Positions 11,488-21,972 of a stretch of 64,000 nt of DNA are shown one piece after another. Where the stretch lies: NCBI GenBank assembly GCA_000004985.1, contig GG738878.1. One strand, given 5' to 3'. Made by a program: the position numbers and the translations under genes. Each line of letters opens with the position of its first letter. Position 1 is the stretch's first letter. This DNA is from Naegleria gruberi (Eukaryota). The notes below the pieces were generated by a model. It had not been told where the DNA came from and did no database searches. It saw nothing but the letters and a program-made list of their open reading frames with translations.

Positions 11488-12591
11488 TTATATAATCACG
11501 CAACAGCAAAATTTGGGATTTTCCTCTAATTCTTTTGGATTACGAATTGAATTATTCACCTCTATTTGAATTTCTTCTTCCAATATTGGTGTTGGATGTT
11601 GAATAAGAAATTCAAATTCCATGTCTTTAAGTTCAGTTGAGCTACACTCAACAGGAAGTTTGAAGGGTGATGTTTCATTTTCCCACATAATATTATAATT
11701 CATTCCATTCCAATCATTCAAAATTTCTCTCGTTATTATTGGTTTTGCTATAGGTAGAATACTCGTCGAATTGAGTATTTGTTTTTCGTCTATTGATGCA
11801 TTCAAATCAGCATCTCTATTAAATGTATTAATGTTGAAAACAGAATCTCGTACTTCATTTTCAACTATTTTCAGCCTATCAAACCACAAATCAAATAATT
11901 TTTTACATTCTCCATATAATTTCTCTTCAATCGATGTCACAGATCCTATGAACATGACCTTATACTCTATTAAAACATATATTGATACAATTATACTATA
12001 TCTGGGTGATAAACATGATGATGACGACCCAAGATGTGATATTTCTTCAATATTCTTAAATGTGAAATATCCTTTCATTGTCAAAGTTCCAGGAAACTTC
12101 AACGACTCGCTCTCTATCAAACTAATCTCAAAATCAATTCTAATCGTCTCTATAGTATCCACAATTTGAAACGTCAGACATTCTTCCATCATGGCACAAT
12201 ACTGCTGATTCAACAATTTAATTTTACTCCTCCGAAACAATTTATGATCTTCGTCAATATCTATCAATTTTTGTGTTGTTGATGATGATGCTGCAACTCG
12301 TGGTGTCCTTCCACCTCCAGCACCAACACCAACACCATTATCATTGTTCCGATAATAATTTTCTACAATTTTAATTCCCAATATTTCTCCTTCCTTTTCC
12401 TTCATCAAATCATTCTCCTTATTATTATTATCCTTGTTATACAATATCCAATCATTGATCAATTCGGCATGATTTACTCGTTTATATAATTTAAGAAAAT
12501 TCAAATGAAACTCTTCCGAAGCTAAAATAACTTTTAATAAGAGTTGTTGAGCAGAGAGTTTGAAAAGGTGTTCATTCACCAATTCTTTCAT
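11488..12591 (-). CDS. Unknown protein ending in CCCVII (CaaX-like prenylation motif)
   Basis: 367-aa ORF; Gly-rich patch; C-terminal CaaX; no recognised domain. Confidence 0.5.
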   Translation of the reverse strand: MKELVNEHLFKLSAQQLLLKVILASEEFHLNFLKLYKRVNHAELINDWILYNKDNNNKENDLMKEKEGEILGIKIVENYYRNNDNGVGVGAGGGRTPRVAASSSTTQKLIDIDEDHKLFRRSKIKLLNQQYCAMMEECLTFQIVDTIETIRIDFEISLIESESLKFPGTLTMKGYFTFKNIEEISHLGSSSSCLSPRYSIIVSIYVLIEYKVMFIGSVTSIEEKLYGECKKLFDLWFDRLKIVENEVRDSVFNINTFNRDADLNASIDEKQILNSTSILPIAKPIITREILNDWNGMNYNIMWENETSPFKLPVECSSTELKDMEFEFLIQHPTPILEEEIQIEVNNSIRNPKELEENPKFCCCVII

Positions 12592-12831
12592 TTTTTTTGA
12601 AAATGAAATTTTTGATATCCAACAAGAGAATCAACACGATTTTCTAGATTGGAAATATGAAAGATGTTAGGAAATTACCATTTTTGGAAAAATATTAACT
12701 AACTTTAAAAATTGGACTAATCTGTTAGTGAACTGTGTAATTTTATTGTCAATTAAAATACTGGTTGCTTATTTAATGAAGTAAAGTTGCATAGTTAATA
12801 ACAATTGATGGTGAAAAATGATATTCGAAAC

Positions 12832-13305
12832 TTATTTGCACTCCACCGAACGATGAGCATTCATTATCTTATATTCAAATCTCTTTACATCATCAAAAGC
12901 TTGTTTCAACTTGTTGTAATTTTCACAATATCCATTTTCTAAATCAGAACAATTCGAGATCTCGAATTCGTCAGAGGAATTCGACTTTCTCAATTTGTAA
13001 CGTGTAATGTTTTTGGGCATCTTTTTAAACACTGGGGAACGGTATGATGAACTTTTTATGTTTTCCTTCCTGGTGTGCTCATAGTAATTTGCAAATATTT
13101 GATCATTGATTTTCATTTCCTGATAAAGTAATTTGTTGATTGTAAACAAGTTAGGAATTTGATCGAGTGGGAGAAATGACATGGTGTAAACTTGTACTTC
13201 TATTGGGACTTGGTTATAGAACTTGGCTAATGAACATTGCAAGTTAGATTGCTTAAGAGTGGATGATGCCGAACGAGATGGTTCCTTTCTATGTGAGTTT
13301 CCCAT
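12832..13305 (-). CDS. Small protein with N-myristoylation consensus (MGNSHRK) and F-box-like segment
   Basis: 157-aa ORF; MGxxxS start; LPLDQIPNLFTINKLLYQEM resembles an F-box. Confidence 0.45.
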   Translation of the reverse strand: MGNSHRKEPSRSASSTLKQSNLQCSLAKFYNQVPIEVQVYTMSFLPLDQIPNLFTINKLLYQEMKINDQIFANYYEHTRKENIKSSSYRSPVFKKMPKNITRYKLRKSNSSDEFEISNCSDLENGYCENYNKLKQAFDDVKRFEYKIMNAHRSVECK

Positions 13306-13609
13306 TTTTTATTAGAAACTTAACGAATTAATTATTTATTATTAGAAAACGTGATATTAATTAATTTACAAATCATTTCTACTTTGATTTTCACAAGTAC
13401 ACTGTCCATCACATTCTCGATCATTGTTGTGAGATTTACGAATCAAAGACCATTCACGTTGATATAAAAAACATGATCAATATCTTGTGAATAATTCTTT
13501 TTGGCAATTGATCTACCTTAATATTTTTCCCTTTATATTTGTTGCTACATTTAAATTCGAATATGGAATACAAAGTTTCTAAAATAAAAATTAATTGGAA
13601 TGGAAAATT

Positions 13610-13700
13610 TGATGAGAGTGGGATTTGAACCCACGCCCTTGCGGAACACGGTATTAATAATACCTTAACGTGTCGTCTTAGACCACTCGACCATCTCACC
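13610..13700 (-). tRNA. tRNA-Leu (anticodon AAG) with putative 11-nt intron after position 37
   Basis: Reverse complement GGTGAGATGGTCGAGTGGTCTAAGACG-ACACG-TTAAGG[TATTATTAATA]C-CGTGT-long variable arm-GTGGGTTCAAATCCCAC-TCTCATC-A; Leu-type D-loop and long variable arm; canonical T-loop. Confidence 0.7.
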
Positions 13701-13813
13701 ATTGAAAAATCGAGTTTTTACTAATATAATATTTTTTGCTTAGCATTGAACTTGGAATATTCAATTTTGAAATAATAATAAAAATAAAATTAAAGTTCAT
13801 TAAGTTCAAAAAA

Positions 13814-14773
13814 ATGGTCGTTATTCATCTTATTGATTTTATTGATGACAAAGTAATAACCGAATCAATCACTACTTCCTATAATTCAAATCAAGAAGAA
13901 TATAAATATTTAATTAATTTATTAAAACATTCAATAACCCGAAAATTATTAGAACCTTTTTCATTGAATTTTGAAAAGATTGAATTGAATGGAATGTCCC
14001 TAGGTACTTCATCCTATGATATAGTTATATCACCCTTCTACGATAAATTAATTGTAAATCATAAAAATTTATTACAAGTTTACAATATATCTTACAATAG
14101 ATCAAAAAGAAAAGAAATTAACTTGTCAATGTATTCACAAATAACACACAAGGATGGTGCACACTTTAGGGTCATGAAATTAATGAATGAAAGTGGGGTT
14201 GAATATATTTATGCTAGTGATAATAGAAATTGTGTTACAAAATGCCAAGTTTCAGATTTGATAAACGAAGGAAAACATAACATAATTTGGAAATCTGAAG
14301 AATATAGGAATATGTGGGGATTAACAGTATTTAATGGAAAGGTATATGCCCTAGATTATGATAATGGTATTAAAGTGCTTGATTGTAAAAGTGGTAAAAC
14401 ACTTTACAGTGAAGAAATACTTCCAACCATTGAAAACGGATATGGAATTCATTTCTATTCTGAAAATGAACTTTTAATTGGGCATTCAAAGAAATTGGAA
14501 TTATTTAAAAAGAATGATAATTCTTGGATTTCAGTGAAATGTTCATCGTTTACAATGCTAGACTGTTATTCTATTTTCATTGAGAATTTATCTGATTTGA
14601 TTTATGTTTCTGATAGCTCTGCAAACAAGATACATGTTGTAAGGAGGAATGATTTGTCACTTGTGAAATCACACGATGGGTTTCAGTCTCAATTTGGAAT
14701 GTTAATAGATGACAGGAATGGATTATTATATGTATGTGATACATTTGCTCATCAAATACGCGTTTTTAAATAA
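13814..14773 (+). CDS. NHL-repeat (six-bladed beta-propeller) protein
   Basis: ORF 13736..14773; likely ATG at 13814 (AAAAAAATGGTC); repeated hydrophobic 'YVSD/YVCD' blades (IYVSDSSANKIHVV, LLYVCDTFAHQIRVF). Confidence 0.55.
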   Translation: MVVIHLIDFIDDKVITESITTSYNSNQEEYKYLINLLKHSITRKLLEPFSLNFEKIELNGMSLGTSSYDIVISPFYDKLIVNHKNLLQVYNISYNRSKRKEINLSMYSQITHKDGAHFRVMKLMNESGVEYIYASDNRNCVTKCQVSDLINEGKHNIIWKSEEYRNMWGLTVFNGKVYALDYDNGIKVLDCKSGKTLYSEEILPTIENGYGIHFYSENELLIGHSKKLELFKKNDNSWISVKCSSFTMLDCYSIFIENLSDLIYVSDSSANKIHVVRRNDLSLVKSHDGFQSQFGMLIDDRNGLLYVCDTFAHQIRVFK

Positions 14774-15056
14774 AATCACATGACCATTTTCAACTGAATA
14801 ATTGAGTGAATTGGTGAAATTCTTTTGCTATTGTCCTCATTTTCATCTCTTGTTAATCGAAAAGAAAATTAAGCAAAAATGTAATTTTTCAAAAATCAAA
14901 AATTTAAAAAAAAACAAAAAAATTTCAACCGTTATTCCAATTCATCATCGGAATTTCACATTTTAAATATCAACAATATTCATCAAAATATTAATAATAA
15001 TAATACAAACAATTAAAAATCAATAATAATAATAATAATACTAACTGAACATCATA

Positions 15057-15971
15057 ATGGAAGATCGACCAGTTCATCTCAATGTCGGAGGTAAAATAAT
15101 AACAGTTTCATTATTGGATTTAACCAACACGGAGAGGGAACCAAATAATTTATTTATTAGAATGTTTAGAGGAGAACTACCATTGTATGAAACAGCCTCT
15201 CCTCTCTTCTCTGATAAAGTCTATTTTATAAATTGTGATCATAAACCATTCCGACATGTTTTGAAATGGTTAAGGTATGGAAGAATAGATCAACAAATGG
15301 TGGAATTAAAGGCTGATTTGTTGGATATATGTAAACAATATAGATTGGAAAAGTTGGAAAAATCAATTTCTCAAATTAATGTAAATGATTGCATCTATGA
15401 TCTTTCATTCGGTCTGGGTGTTAGTAGTACAATTATACAATTTAAGGAAGTTATGGATTTGTTTAAGAGAGCACTAGGATGTGAAACTCCTCCAAAATTA
15501 CTTTATAGAGCTTCAAATGATGGATTTACGGCTCAATCATTTCATCAAAAGTGTGATCATCAAGGTAAAACTGTGACCATAGTAAGGTCAGAGTATGGAA
15601 ATATTTTCGGTGGTTTCACTTCTCAGGATTGGGAATCACCAAAGCAAGCTAAATTCAAAGCTGATCCAGCAGCTTTTGTATTCAAATTCGAGAGTGATAG
15701 TGCTGGAAATTCAAGACTTGAAGTATTCCACATTAGACAAGGAGATCAGAAGGCAATTTATTGTGATGCTTATGATCTTGCTATATTTGGAGGAGGATGT
15801 GATTTTTACATTTCCGATAGTTGTAATATCAATTCGGCTTCATATTCAGAGTTTGGAGATAGTTACGAGTTGCCTCTGGGCTATTCATTCGGTTCTGAAC
15901 AAACTCATGTCTTTTTGGGAGGTAAATTCGATTTTAGAGTTTCTGAAATTGAGGTTTTCAAAATTGATTAA
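15057..15971 (+). CDS. BTB/POZ domain + TLDc domain protein
   Basis: N-terminal PVHLNVGGKIITVSL... BTB; C-terminal LLYRASNDGFTAQSFHQKCDHQGKTVTIVRSEYGNIFGGFTSQDW TLDc-like. Confidence 0.65.
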   Translation: MEDRPVHLNVGGKIITVSLLDLTNTEREPNNLFIRMFRGELPLYETASPLFSDKVYFINCDHKPFRHVLKWLRYGRIDQQMVELKADLLDICKQYRLEKLEKSISQINVNDCIYDLSFGLGVSSTIIQFKEVMDLFKRALGCETPPKLLYRASNDGFTAQSFHQKCDHQGKTVTIVRSEYGNIFGGFTSQDWESPKQAKFKADPAAFVFKFESDSAGNSRLEVFHIRQGDQKAIYCDAYDLAIFGGGCDFYISDSCNINSASYSEFGDSYELPLGYSFGSEQTHVFLGGKFDFRVSEIEVFKID

Positions 15972-16027
15972 GGTATTCAAAGAAAATAACACTTGTTTAT
16001 AAAATCAAGGCTAGGTGAAATACTCTT

Positions 16028-17671
16028 TCAATTACTATTATCTCGTTCCAGTTTTTTGAAAATGAAAGGCAATACCACACCCTCTAAATGGTTTCGTTCT
16101 TGGAGAATGTATTGTCTCTGAGAGACGAGGTCAATATTAACTTCCAGGAATTTACCATAAAAGAAGGACCACCCTACAAATGCTCTCACTGGACTAGTAA
16201 ACACTGATGGTTTAGCATTCTCATTATAATTCAAATAGTGAGAGTTCATGATCAAGAGCTCTGGATAGGGCTTGAAAGATAGGTGGAAATATTCATAAGT
16301 CTTTTTGATTTTTGAAAAATCTGCCAAACATGCATCATAGAATGACTCTGCACTATAGAAATATTCTACAATTCCCTTCCAATCCATTGGATATCTGATA
16401 TTTTCATAAATGGAGGAGGTTTTTTCAATGAGATGAGCCATAGAATTTGTGGTAATTGGAGATTGGAATTGATTGAGCTCGCTCTCATCAGGTAGTGGAT
16501 AAGTTGGTGAAGGGAAAGGAAAGAGGCTACGATTCAATTCTTCCATCGATATTTCTCTATGTTGTCCATTCTCTCCTTTCGAGAGTAACTGATTGATTTG
16601 ATTCCACTTTTCATTGCACTCTCTTCTACTCTTCTTGCTGTATTGAGAGCCCTCAATGTGCATAATCTCAAACAATTGCTCGAAACATTTAATACTCTTA
16701 TTTTCTGCAGCCACAGAAAGCGAATCGTATACATCTCTAAAAGTTTCAAAGTGACAATACTGACTTGCTAGGGCTGCCTTTTCTCTAATACTCTCCTCAA
16801 TCTTATCCAATTTGGTATTCAAAAGTTTGTGTGTTGATAAAATCTTGTGTTTCCATACGAATGAATGTGTTGCTCCCATATCAAATAGCAAAGCACACGA
16901 ATGAGTCAAGCTCAACAAGTCCTTCCACTCTAAAAACTCGGAAACCTCAATGAATAAATCTCTGTGAAATATAATTTCAAAAACTGTCTTTTGACAATGT
17001 TTGGGCACCAATTTGTGAATTTTTGGTTGATAGGCCACTGGAAGAGTGCTTCCACGTTTTCTAGTTCTGATTTCAGCAAAATTTGTTGATGAGGTCGTTG
17101 GAGAAGAAACATCCTCAAATTGTTTTGCAATGGCTCTTCTCTTTGGAGAGGATAAACATCCAGGTCTATAATTATCATCATCGTTATTAGAATCTGAAAC
17201 AGATTGAAAGAAGAATGGAGCATTATCAGAGAATCTTCTCCCTCCCGTTGGTGAGGTTGCAACATTTAGCATATCAACACAACTCTCTGGGAATATACTG
17301 AGAGGAGAAGTGGCTTTGGATTTGTTTTTGGTTGTTGGAGTGTTGAGTTGTCCTTTCCAACTCAAACTCTTACTTTCCTCTAAGGGGTGATGATCTTCAT
17401 CCATAGAATTGGAAACTTTTATCTGAGGAAATACAGAGGTACAACTATTGGTTTTTGTTTGAATTGCTAGTGGGCTCTTACTAGGAGATGAAGAAGCAAA
17501 GGAATCTCTCAATTGTCGAATGGATTTTGGAGAAGCATAGGCTGGTATTGAATTCTTATTATTTTCAATTGATGAGGAAGAATCGATAAAGTTTGGTACA
17601 TGAATTGATTTCCTTCCAGAACTGCTGGTAGTGGAAGGAGAGGGATATGACTGTTTTTCAATTACCTCCAT
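16028..17671 (-). CDS. Ser-rich protein with F-box-like motif
   Basis: 547-aa ORF; N-terminal Ser/Thr-rich low complexity; TVFEIIFHRDLFIEVSEFLEWKDLLSLTHSCALL F-box-like. Confidence 0.5.
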   Translation of the reverse strand: MEVIEKQSYPSPSTTSSSGRKSIHVPNFIDSSSSIENNKNSIPAYASPKSIRQLRDSFASSSPSKSPLAIQTKTNSCTSVFPQIKVSNSMDEDHHPLEESKSLSWKGQLNTPTTKNKSKATSPLSIFPESCVDMLNVATSPTGGRRFSDNAPFFFQSVSDSNNDDDNYRPGCLSSPKRRAIAKQFEDVSSPTTSSTNFAEIRTRKRGSTLPVAYQPKIHKLVPKHCQKTVFEIIFHRDLFIEVSEFLEWKDLLSLTHSCALLFDMGATHSFVWKHKILSTHKLLNTKLDKIEESIREKAALASQYCHFETFRDVYDSLSVAAENKSIKCFEQLFEIMHIEGSQYSKKSRRECNEKWNQINQLLSKGENGQHREISMEELNRSLFPFPSPTYPLPDESELNQFQSPITTNSMAHLIEKTSSIYENIRYPMDWKGIVEYFYSAESFYDACLADFSKIKKTYEYFHLSFKPYPELLIMNSHYLNYNENAKPSVFTSPVRAFVGWSFFYGKFLEVNIDLVSQRQYILQERNHLEGVVLPFIFKKLERDNSN

Positions 17672-17868
17672 TGTTGTTTTTGATGATTTATTTACAATTA
17701 ATTGTGGATCGATATCGGATTGGTGATGAAACTGTAAAATATATACAATATATACAACTATTTTAGCTACTACTTCTATTTAATATATATACAATAATAC
17801 AAGGAAGAACATTAACTGAATTTTTCAAATGGAATGAAAATAAATTAATGATGAGGGATTGAATTCGT

Positions 17869-17886
17869 GGCGATGATGATGATGAT
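17869..17886. repeat. (ATG)n / GATGAT microsatellite
   Basis: gcgatgatgatgatgatgatt read directly. Confidence 0.6.
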
Positions 17887-18195
17887 TAAGGTTGATGGTT
17901 TAAATTTGCCACTCCGATTGTTGTTGTTTTTTTCAATGTAAATTGCTGGTTGTTGATTGAGTAAAATGTACAGAGATGAATGACCTCTCTTGAAAGTGAT
18001 GAGTTTTATGTTATTCTGTTATTGGGTGCGTAATTATAAACTCAAAAAGGACAAAAACTCATGATTGGAAGTACATTCGATGAGTGTTTAGATGTTAGAG
18101 TAAATACCAAAACTTAGTCATTGTCAGTCAATGGCTCTTCTTTCAAATTGATATCAATCAATATAGAGGGTTTAATCATTTGAAGTGAACTATAT

Positions 18196-19937
18196 TTATA
18201 AATAATGACTTTTGTAAAAATCACTGCGCTTTTGAACAATTTTCAATTCTTTAGGTCGGAAACTTTCATGCAGTTGACTCTTAGTTTGCCATTTAATAGC
18301 TCTGGATGCTGCTTGAAGTTCTAGAGTTGCGACATTCTTAGACAGTTGCTCAATTTGTTGAATCTCCTTATCTTCTTCGTCTGTATTATCTGTTGGCTTT
18401 CTTTGTCCCTTATTTTTTGTGGCAGCTCCTGACTTGGGACGTTTCTCATTTGCCTGAACTGGCGTTTTTCTCAAATCTTCTTGCTCTTTTTCAATTCTTT
18501 CCTTCTTTCTTTTTTCAAAATCTGCTCGTTTATCAATGAGTTGCTTTTGAAGATCGTGTGAGTTGATGAATTCCTCCTCTGATTTCATTTCACATATGAG
18601 GTAGAATAAATCTTGGAAGGAAACTTCATTTTGGGCCACAATTTTCCTAAAGAGAGCCAATTTCTTCTTTTCATCTTCTGTGAGTGAGTTTGGTTTTTCC
18701 TCTATCAATTTGAACCATTTCTCTGTGAATTTGGTTATTCCCAGAGAGTCCAGCAATGCATTCATTTCTGATGCCTTGATGTTGGTCATCTTTCCTGCTT
18801 TGAAAGATGGGTGATTATTCTTAATTAAATTAATAATCAAGCCCCTTTCATTGCCCGTCAACAATAGACCTTCAAAATCTCTATAAACATGGGAAAGACT
18901 TTCAAATATTGTATCAATAGAGCTCTTTTCTTTTTCTTCATGCTCTAAGTATTGCTTCACTTTGCTTTCGAGAAGAGTTTTTTCCATTCTGGCTCGTTCT
19001 TCGTCCTCCTTCTTTACGTTCATTACAGCTCGTTCTTTCTTAATGTTGTTGGCGTGCTTACATGCTAATTCAGCAGTAGCTCCCATGAATGAAGGTGGTT
19101 TGATAGTACTGAGTCTCATTGTCTTGTGTTCCAAAACATGAGAAGGAACAGTTTTTCCAAAGGCAATTTCTCTGCTGAGAGTATTTCGATTCTGCTGATA
19201 TGTGAGTGCAAGTTCTTCTCTCTCTATGGTAGTAATTTCCACCCTATCAAAAACTTGCAATACTGGAATATCCAAAACCACTCTAGCTCTATATTCATTC
19301 TTTGGAAGAGTGTCACAGAGTGGATTCCCAAATAGCGTTAATTGTTTCAAATATCTCATTCCCTTAATACATTCCATAACTTCATCCAAGCTCTTCAGAT
19401 TATTTTCGTGCAATAACAAAGTCTCCAAGAATTTGAAATTACAAAAATTATTAACATCCAATGACTCGATTCTATTCTGTTGCAAGTAGAGATGTTTCAA
19501 TCTCATACAACCAGTTTTTACTGGTTTATCAAGTATTGATTTCGATCCCAAGATTGCTCTCTCAACGTTCGGGGATCTATCAAATTTGTAACCTTCTTCA
19601 ATTTATTTCCATTGAGCCACAACTCCTCCAACATTATTAATCGACTAAAATTAATATGAATTTCGGTCATTCCTCTCTTTCCCAAATGTAATTCCTTCAC
19701 GTGGCGAAAATCCATTCTACCAATCTCACCCATCGGATCCACTAGAACTGGTGTATTTTCATCCACAATTTCCTTAGCAATCGGAGGCACACCAACCTCC
19801 TGTAACCATTCCTCAAGAATCCTTTGATAGATTTTTTCTACTGCCTCCTCCACATTTTTCTTCTTCTCCTCGAGTCTCTTCTTCTCATCCTCAATTTGTT
19901 TCTTCGACTTCTTGGGTGTAGTTGGTTTTGGCGGCAT
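18196..19937 (-). CDS. SDS22-type leucine-rich-repeat + long coiled-coil protein (possibly centrosomal/axonemal-type); two ORFs (19518..19937, 18196..19551) overlapping by 34 nt in different frames
   Basis: LRR motifs (LEELWLNGNKLKKV, LKHLYLQQNRIESL, LETLLLHENNLKSL) then K/E-rich coiled coil; frames differ by 1 at the overlap, junction unresolved. Confidence 0.5.
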
Positions 19938-20057
19938 TTTTTTAATTTAAAAAATTGTAAATTTTCGTTATTACCGTTACAACACCTTTATTATTTTTGA
20001 ATTGAATTAAAGATCTGTAATGAATGAGCAGAAAATAAATTCATTAAAGATTTTCAT

Positions 20058-20777
20058 TTACTTGTTCATACAGTTCAACTTGTCACTTCCCTTACTCTTC
20101 TTAAGACATGCAAACTTGACATCCAATGATCTCAATAATCCATATAAATTCTTTGGTAATCCTTTGAAATACTTTTTGGAGACGTGGCAAGTTTTAATCT
20201 TTTTCAAATTCTTTCTACATTTGGAAAGGGATGCCAGCATTTCATTGGTGTGTTTTTGATACATTTGTTGGAATTGTTTCACCATTTTCTTAAGAGATGA
20301 GATTCTATGTTTCATTCGCTTAATTTTGGAATGGAAGCACTTCTTGTTAGTTTTGGCATTTTGGAAAACTGTATATTGTCTTGAAGTTAATTGACTTTTG
20401 ATTTGTTCAACTCTAGAAATTGCCTTCTTTGATTGCTTAAATTTTTTCTTCAACTTTATCAACTTTTTCTTAACTTGGTGCATCATTTTCCTGAATTTTC
20501 TTCCTCCTCTTTGAGCTTTTCTCAATTTCCTATTGATTTTCATCATTGATATTTGGCATGTTTTCTTTACAAGTTTCCTTCTCCATTGATAACAAGGGCT
20601 ATCTGTAGACGAATTAATTTCCTTAAGAGCAGAGGAGGTAGATTTAGCAACAACACTACTCAAAGTAATGGCACTGCTTGATTCAACTTGTTCAATTGTT
20701 GTTTGTATGAACAATAAATACAAGATTATCAATGACAAGCCAACAAGACATTTCCTGTAGGGATTGTATTGATACAT
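20058..20777 (-). CDS. Secreted/anchored extremely Lys/Arg-rich protein of unknown function
   Basis: N-terminal hydrophobic segment LVGLSLIILYLLFIQTTI, then ~30% K+R with 6 Cys; no homology recognised. Confidence 0.5.
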   Translation of the reverse strand: MYQYNPYRKCLVGLSLIILYLLFIQTTIEQVESSSAITLSSVVAKSTSSALKEINSSTDSPCYQWRRKLVKKTCQISMMKINRKLRKAQRGGRKFRKMMHQVKKKLIKLKKKFKQSKKAISRVEQIKSQLTSRQYTVFQNAKTNKKCFHSKIKRMKHRISSLKKMVKQFQQMYQKHTNEMLASLSKCRKNLKKIKTCHVSKKYFKGLPKNLYGLLRSLDVKFACLKKSKGSDKLNCMNK

Positions 20778-20829
20778 TTTTTATAATAATAATTAGCTCT
20801 GTAAAATTAATTGATGGGGAGAGATTGAT

Positions 20830-21972
20830 TTATAAATTGTTCTTGGTCATGTATGCCTTGAGTTGTGACAAGAATGCAGGTTGAACATTATTCTCTTCCA
20901 TAAACTTTACATAACCTTTGAATTTTGGAGTGTTGATAATATCCTTAACTTTCTGACCTTTGAATTTACCAAATGGGAAAATACCCTCGCTATCGAATTT
21001 AAAACCCTTAGAAGCACCATCTTCTGAGGTTTCCTTTTTACGAGAGGTAGGTTCTTTCTTGTATTGAGCTGATCCATCATCCATACCAAAGTTATCAAAC
21101 AATGATGCTTCACTGTCAACAGAGTCAGGTGTCATCATGACAACTGGTTCCTCATCAGCTTCAACTTGTTCTTCAACATCTTGAGGAACTTGTTCTACTA
21201 CTGCTTCAGCTTGCTTTTTTGGAGTTGTGAACTTGCTCTTTTCAACATATGGATAGGTGAATTCTCTGTCATGTCTTCTGAAGAGTTTCTTGGTTGTCTT
21301 TTTAGTGACATGTTCACAGAAAGCTTCAACAACATTCTTAGCTCTCCATGCAATAATAAAGTTTGGATCCCAAAGCTCACTACCAATACCAATATCCTTA
21401 CAACATCTCATTAAGGCATTTGACTTGGCACCTTCAAGAGAACTTCCAATTGATTTATATCCTTGTTCATCAACAGTTTGCTCTCCAAATGATTGACTCA
21501 CAAATTGTCCTCTACAGAATAAACCATATTCTTGAAGGATACTTCCTCTCTCAATTTTAAATTCAGAGAGTGGAACTAAACACCATCCTCCAGGGCCGAA
21601 AGCCTTGTTCAAAATACGTCTATACTTAATTTCAGGCAAGTACAAAATACCATCAGGCTTAACTTCAATATCTTGATCTGGGAGTGGAGCCATTAAAATT
21701 TGGGCAATTTCTTCACTAAAAGGTTGTTTACCAATTCTTTCATAGACTGTTGTACCATTATTTGCTAAATCGGCTCCGACGAGAGAAGTAGTATTCATTG
21801 TTTGTTGATCAAATTCTTCACAAACTCTTGCTGATGATGAAAAATTTCTCACCGATGATAACAATCCCGAGGCAATAAATGATTGTGATGATGATTTAAA
21901 ACATTGTTTAATGCTGCAACAAGTATTCTTCTTGAGCAATGACGAAGTGGTAGCACGAATAGTAGCTTTCAT
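20830..21972 (-). CDS. MGM101: Mitochondrial genome maintenance protein MGM101 (Rad52-type) with presequence
   Basis: EEIAQILMAPLPDQDIEVKPDGILYLPEIKYRRILNKAFGPGGWCLVP core; S/R-rich N-terminal targeting-like sequence. Confidence 0.75.
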   Translation of the reverse strand: MKATIRATTSSLLKKNTCCSIKQCFKSSSQSFIASGLLSSVRNFSSSARVCEEFDQQTMNTTSLVGADLANNGTTVYERIGKQPFSEEIAQILMAPLPDQDIEVKPDGILYLPEIKYRRILNKAFGPGGWCLVPLSEFKIERGSILQEYGLFCRGQFVSQSFGEQTVDEQGYKSIGSSLEGAKSNALMRCCKDIGIGSELWDPNFIIAWRAKNVVEAFCEHVTKKTTKKLFRRHDREFTYPYVEKSKFTTPKKQAEAVVEQVPQDVEEQVEADEEPVVMMTPDSVDSEASLFDNFGMDDGSAQYKKEPTSRKKETSEDGASKGFKFDSEGIFPFGKFKGQKVKDIINTPKFKGYVKFMEENNVQPAFLSQLKAYMTKNNL

